64,000 bases of DNA from Trichosphaerium sp. ATCC 40318 (Eukaryota > Protista > Tubulinea), in contig JALMLS010000155.1 in assembly GCA_038496445.1 (NCBI GenBank), positions 124,001-188,000 of the forward strand, in the 5' to 3' direction. This document shows positions 62,361 through 64,000 of this stretch, in pieces. The notes under the pieces are model-generated. The model ran no database searches, was not told where the DNA came from, and saw only the letters and a list, made by a program, of their open reading frames with translations. The number at the start of each line of letters is the position of its first letter. Position 1 is the stretch's first letter. The position numbers were made by a program, and so were the translations under genes.

Positions 62361-63844
62361 ATGACAACCAAAACAAAGAGAGAATGTAAACGAGAATTAC
62401 ATAAAAACTGTGGTACGTAGGACAATTCTCATTCTTACATTGCAATATCGATTAACAGCGCGTTAGAGCCCGTTTTGCTACTCAAAGTGCCGCGGGAAGT
62501 ACTATGCGCAATTTTTGCTGAAATACAGGAGATAAAGCATTTACACAACGTTATATGCGTAAATAAGTTATTCAGGAGGCTAGTTAGCACTTCTAGAGTT
62601 TTTTCTGTAAGTACATTTTTTTACATTTTACAATTACACAACAAGGTTTCTTTCCGTTCGACGCTGCCACATAGCATCCAAATAATTAAAACTGGCTCTC
62701 GGACCATTTTTGCGCAAAACAAAGCTAAATAAGTACAATAGGCTAGTTTGCTCCTCCGCTCTGTTAAAGCTGAACCAAAGTGTTCATCAATTCCTCTCCG
62801 ATGGATCACAGGCATTACTTCAACTCCTTCAGGACATGTTCGTCTTTTTTTTTTCTCAACTTCTTCTGATACATCGTAGGTGTTACTTGTCGATAAACAC
62901 TCTACAAATAACCGAATACGATCACACCACAGGTACAATACACTCTACCCTCGGAGGCAGCTCAACACCACGAAGCTCCAGAAGAAGGGACACACGTTTA
63001 TCACTCGCATATCCTTCAGGTATCTGCTATGGTACGTATTCAATACAAAGTCGTTTGTCTAAAGCTAAATTTGACTTTGTTGATAGATGATCTTACCAAC
63101 TCGCTCATTTTCAGTGATACGATGAGACACTCCATTCGCTCGCATAACTTGAACACCGGAAAGGTAGAAACTCTGGTGGGCAACCCTCTCCAGAAGGGAT
63201 ACAAAGATGGTGTAGGCAGTAAAGCAGTTTTCCATACGCCATTTGCTATCTGCAAAGACAGGCACAGAAACATCCTAGGTACGTACTTACAAGACCAAGC
63301 TCTGGCTAACTCGTCCTCAGTTTGCGACTTTTTAAATAGGTGCATCCGAAAGTTCTCCCTAAAAACACGTGAATGCACAACCCTTGCAGGCGCTGTTAGC
63401 CCATACAACGCCTTGGACGTCCAAAAGCGCCAAGATGATGGACCTGCACTCAAAGCGAGATTTCTTCAACCATGGGATGTCACTGTAGCACCAAGACAAC
63501 CTGGTGTATACGTAGCAGACTTTAGATCAATACGCCTCATAAAGAACAAGACTGTGTCAACAATATTGACACACAAAGAATCTATCTACAGTCTAGCCTT
63601 TGATGATAAAGGTGACTTGTTTTTTGGTGCTCATGATGGAATCTATAAGTTGTTTCTTACAACAAAATCAAAAAGGGTTATAAAGTTACGTACAACTCAA
63701 CGGATAACATTTGCACGTGCTATACATTTTGTAGCCCCAAGTACTTTAATCGTTGCCACTTGCGATTCAAACAATCGCAGTTCTCAAGTTCACCAAATAG
63801 ACTTAACATCTCTTGCAACGGAATGTCTTAATTGGCAATTTTAG
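62361..63844 (+). CDS. F-box plus NHL-repeat beta-propeller protein
   Basis: F-box LLKVPREVLCAIFAEI...VICVNKLFRRLV. NHL repeats LAYPSGIC, GYKDGVGSKAVFHTPFAIC and DGPALKARFLQPWDVTV. Confidence 0.85.
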
Positions 63845-64000
63845 TTATATTTTGTCATATTGTATACATAATTGCAGTAACATGCAAGCTTGTAAATAAA
63901 ACTACTAAAAAATGACAGTTGTCAGTTAAGCTATCATAACAACTTTTAGCTTGTTTCACTGATTGATGTTGTACGAAGTAGCAGTTGTAGTCTAAACGGA

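Overview
AT-rich (about 36% GC by eye), gene-dense eukaryotic nuclear DNA read with the standard code. It has many short GT-AG introns (mostly 35-100 nt; donors often GTACG/GTAAG; CTAAC/CTGAC-type branch sites; 3' sites often AAG). The gene content suggests a free-living amoeboid protist, probably Amoebozoa; this is inference. The window has two parts. (1) About 1-25 kb is a fast-turnover accessory region. It holds a secreted catalase-fold protein, an intronless F-box/MORN-variant gene, a six-repeat knottin-like secreted protein, and several pseudogenes. Two small gene families there have been duplicated, inverted and broken repeatedly: a candidate HEPN (R-x4-H) ribonuclease with one intact and two disabled copies, and a secreted protein resembling bacterial PEP-CTERM surface domains with three copies, all carrying lesions. 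A P4-ATPase flippase and a MITE lie between ~2 kb inverted duplications. (2) About 25-64 kb holds mostly intact genes: a receptor tyrosine-kinase-like protein, TMEM14, a coiled-coil/RWD-like protein, a PH protein, an MRH-TM-SAM receptor, a bacterial-type tyrosine phosphatase, a G-alpha with a U12-like intron, SPT5, a giant USP9/24/34-like deubiquitinase, an F-box/degenerate Arf fusion, a mitochondrially targeted BKACE/Kce enzyme and an F-box/NHL protein. The best candidate for an undescribed system is the HEPN-like family, whose coding sequence diverges far faster than its upstream DNA. All gene models were spliced by hand and family calls are motif recognition, not database results.
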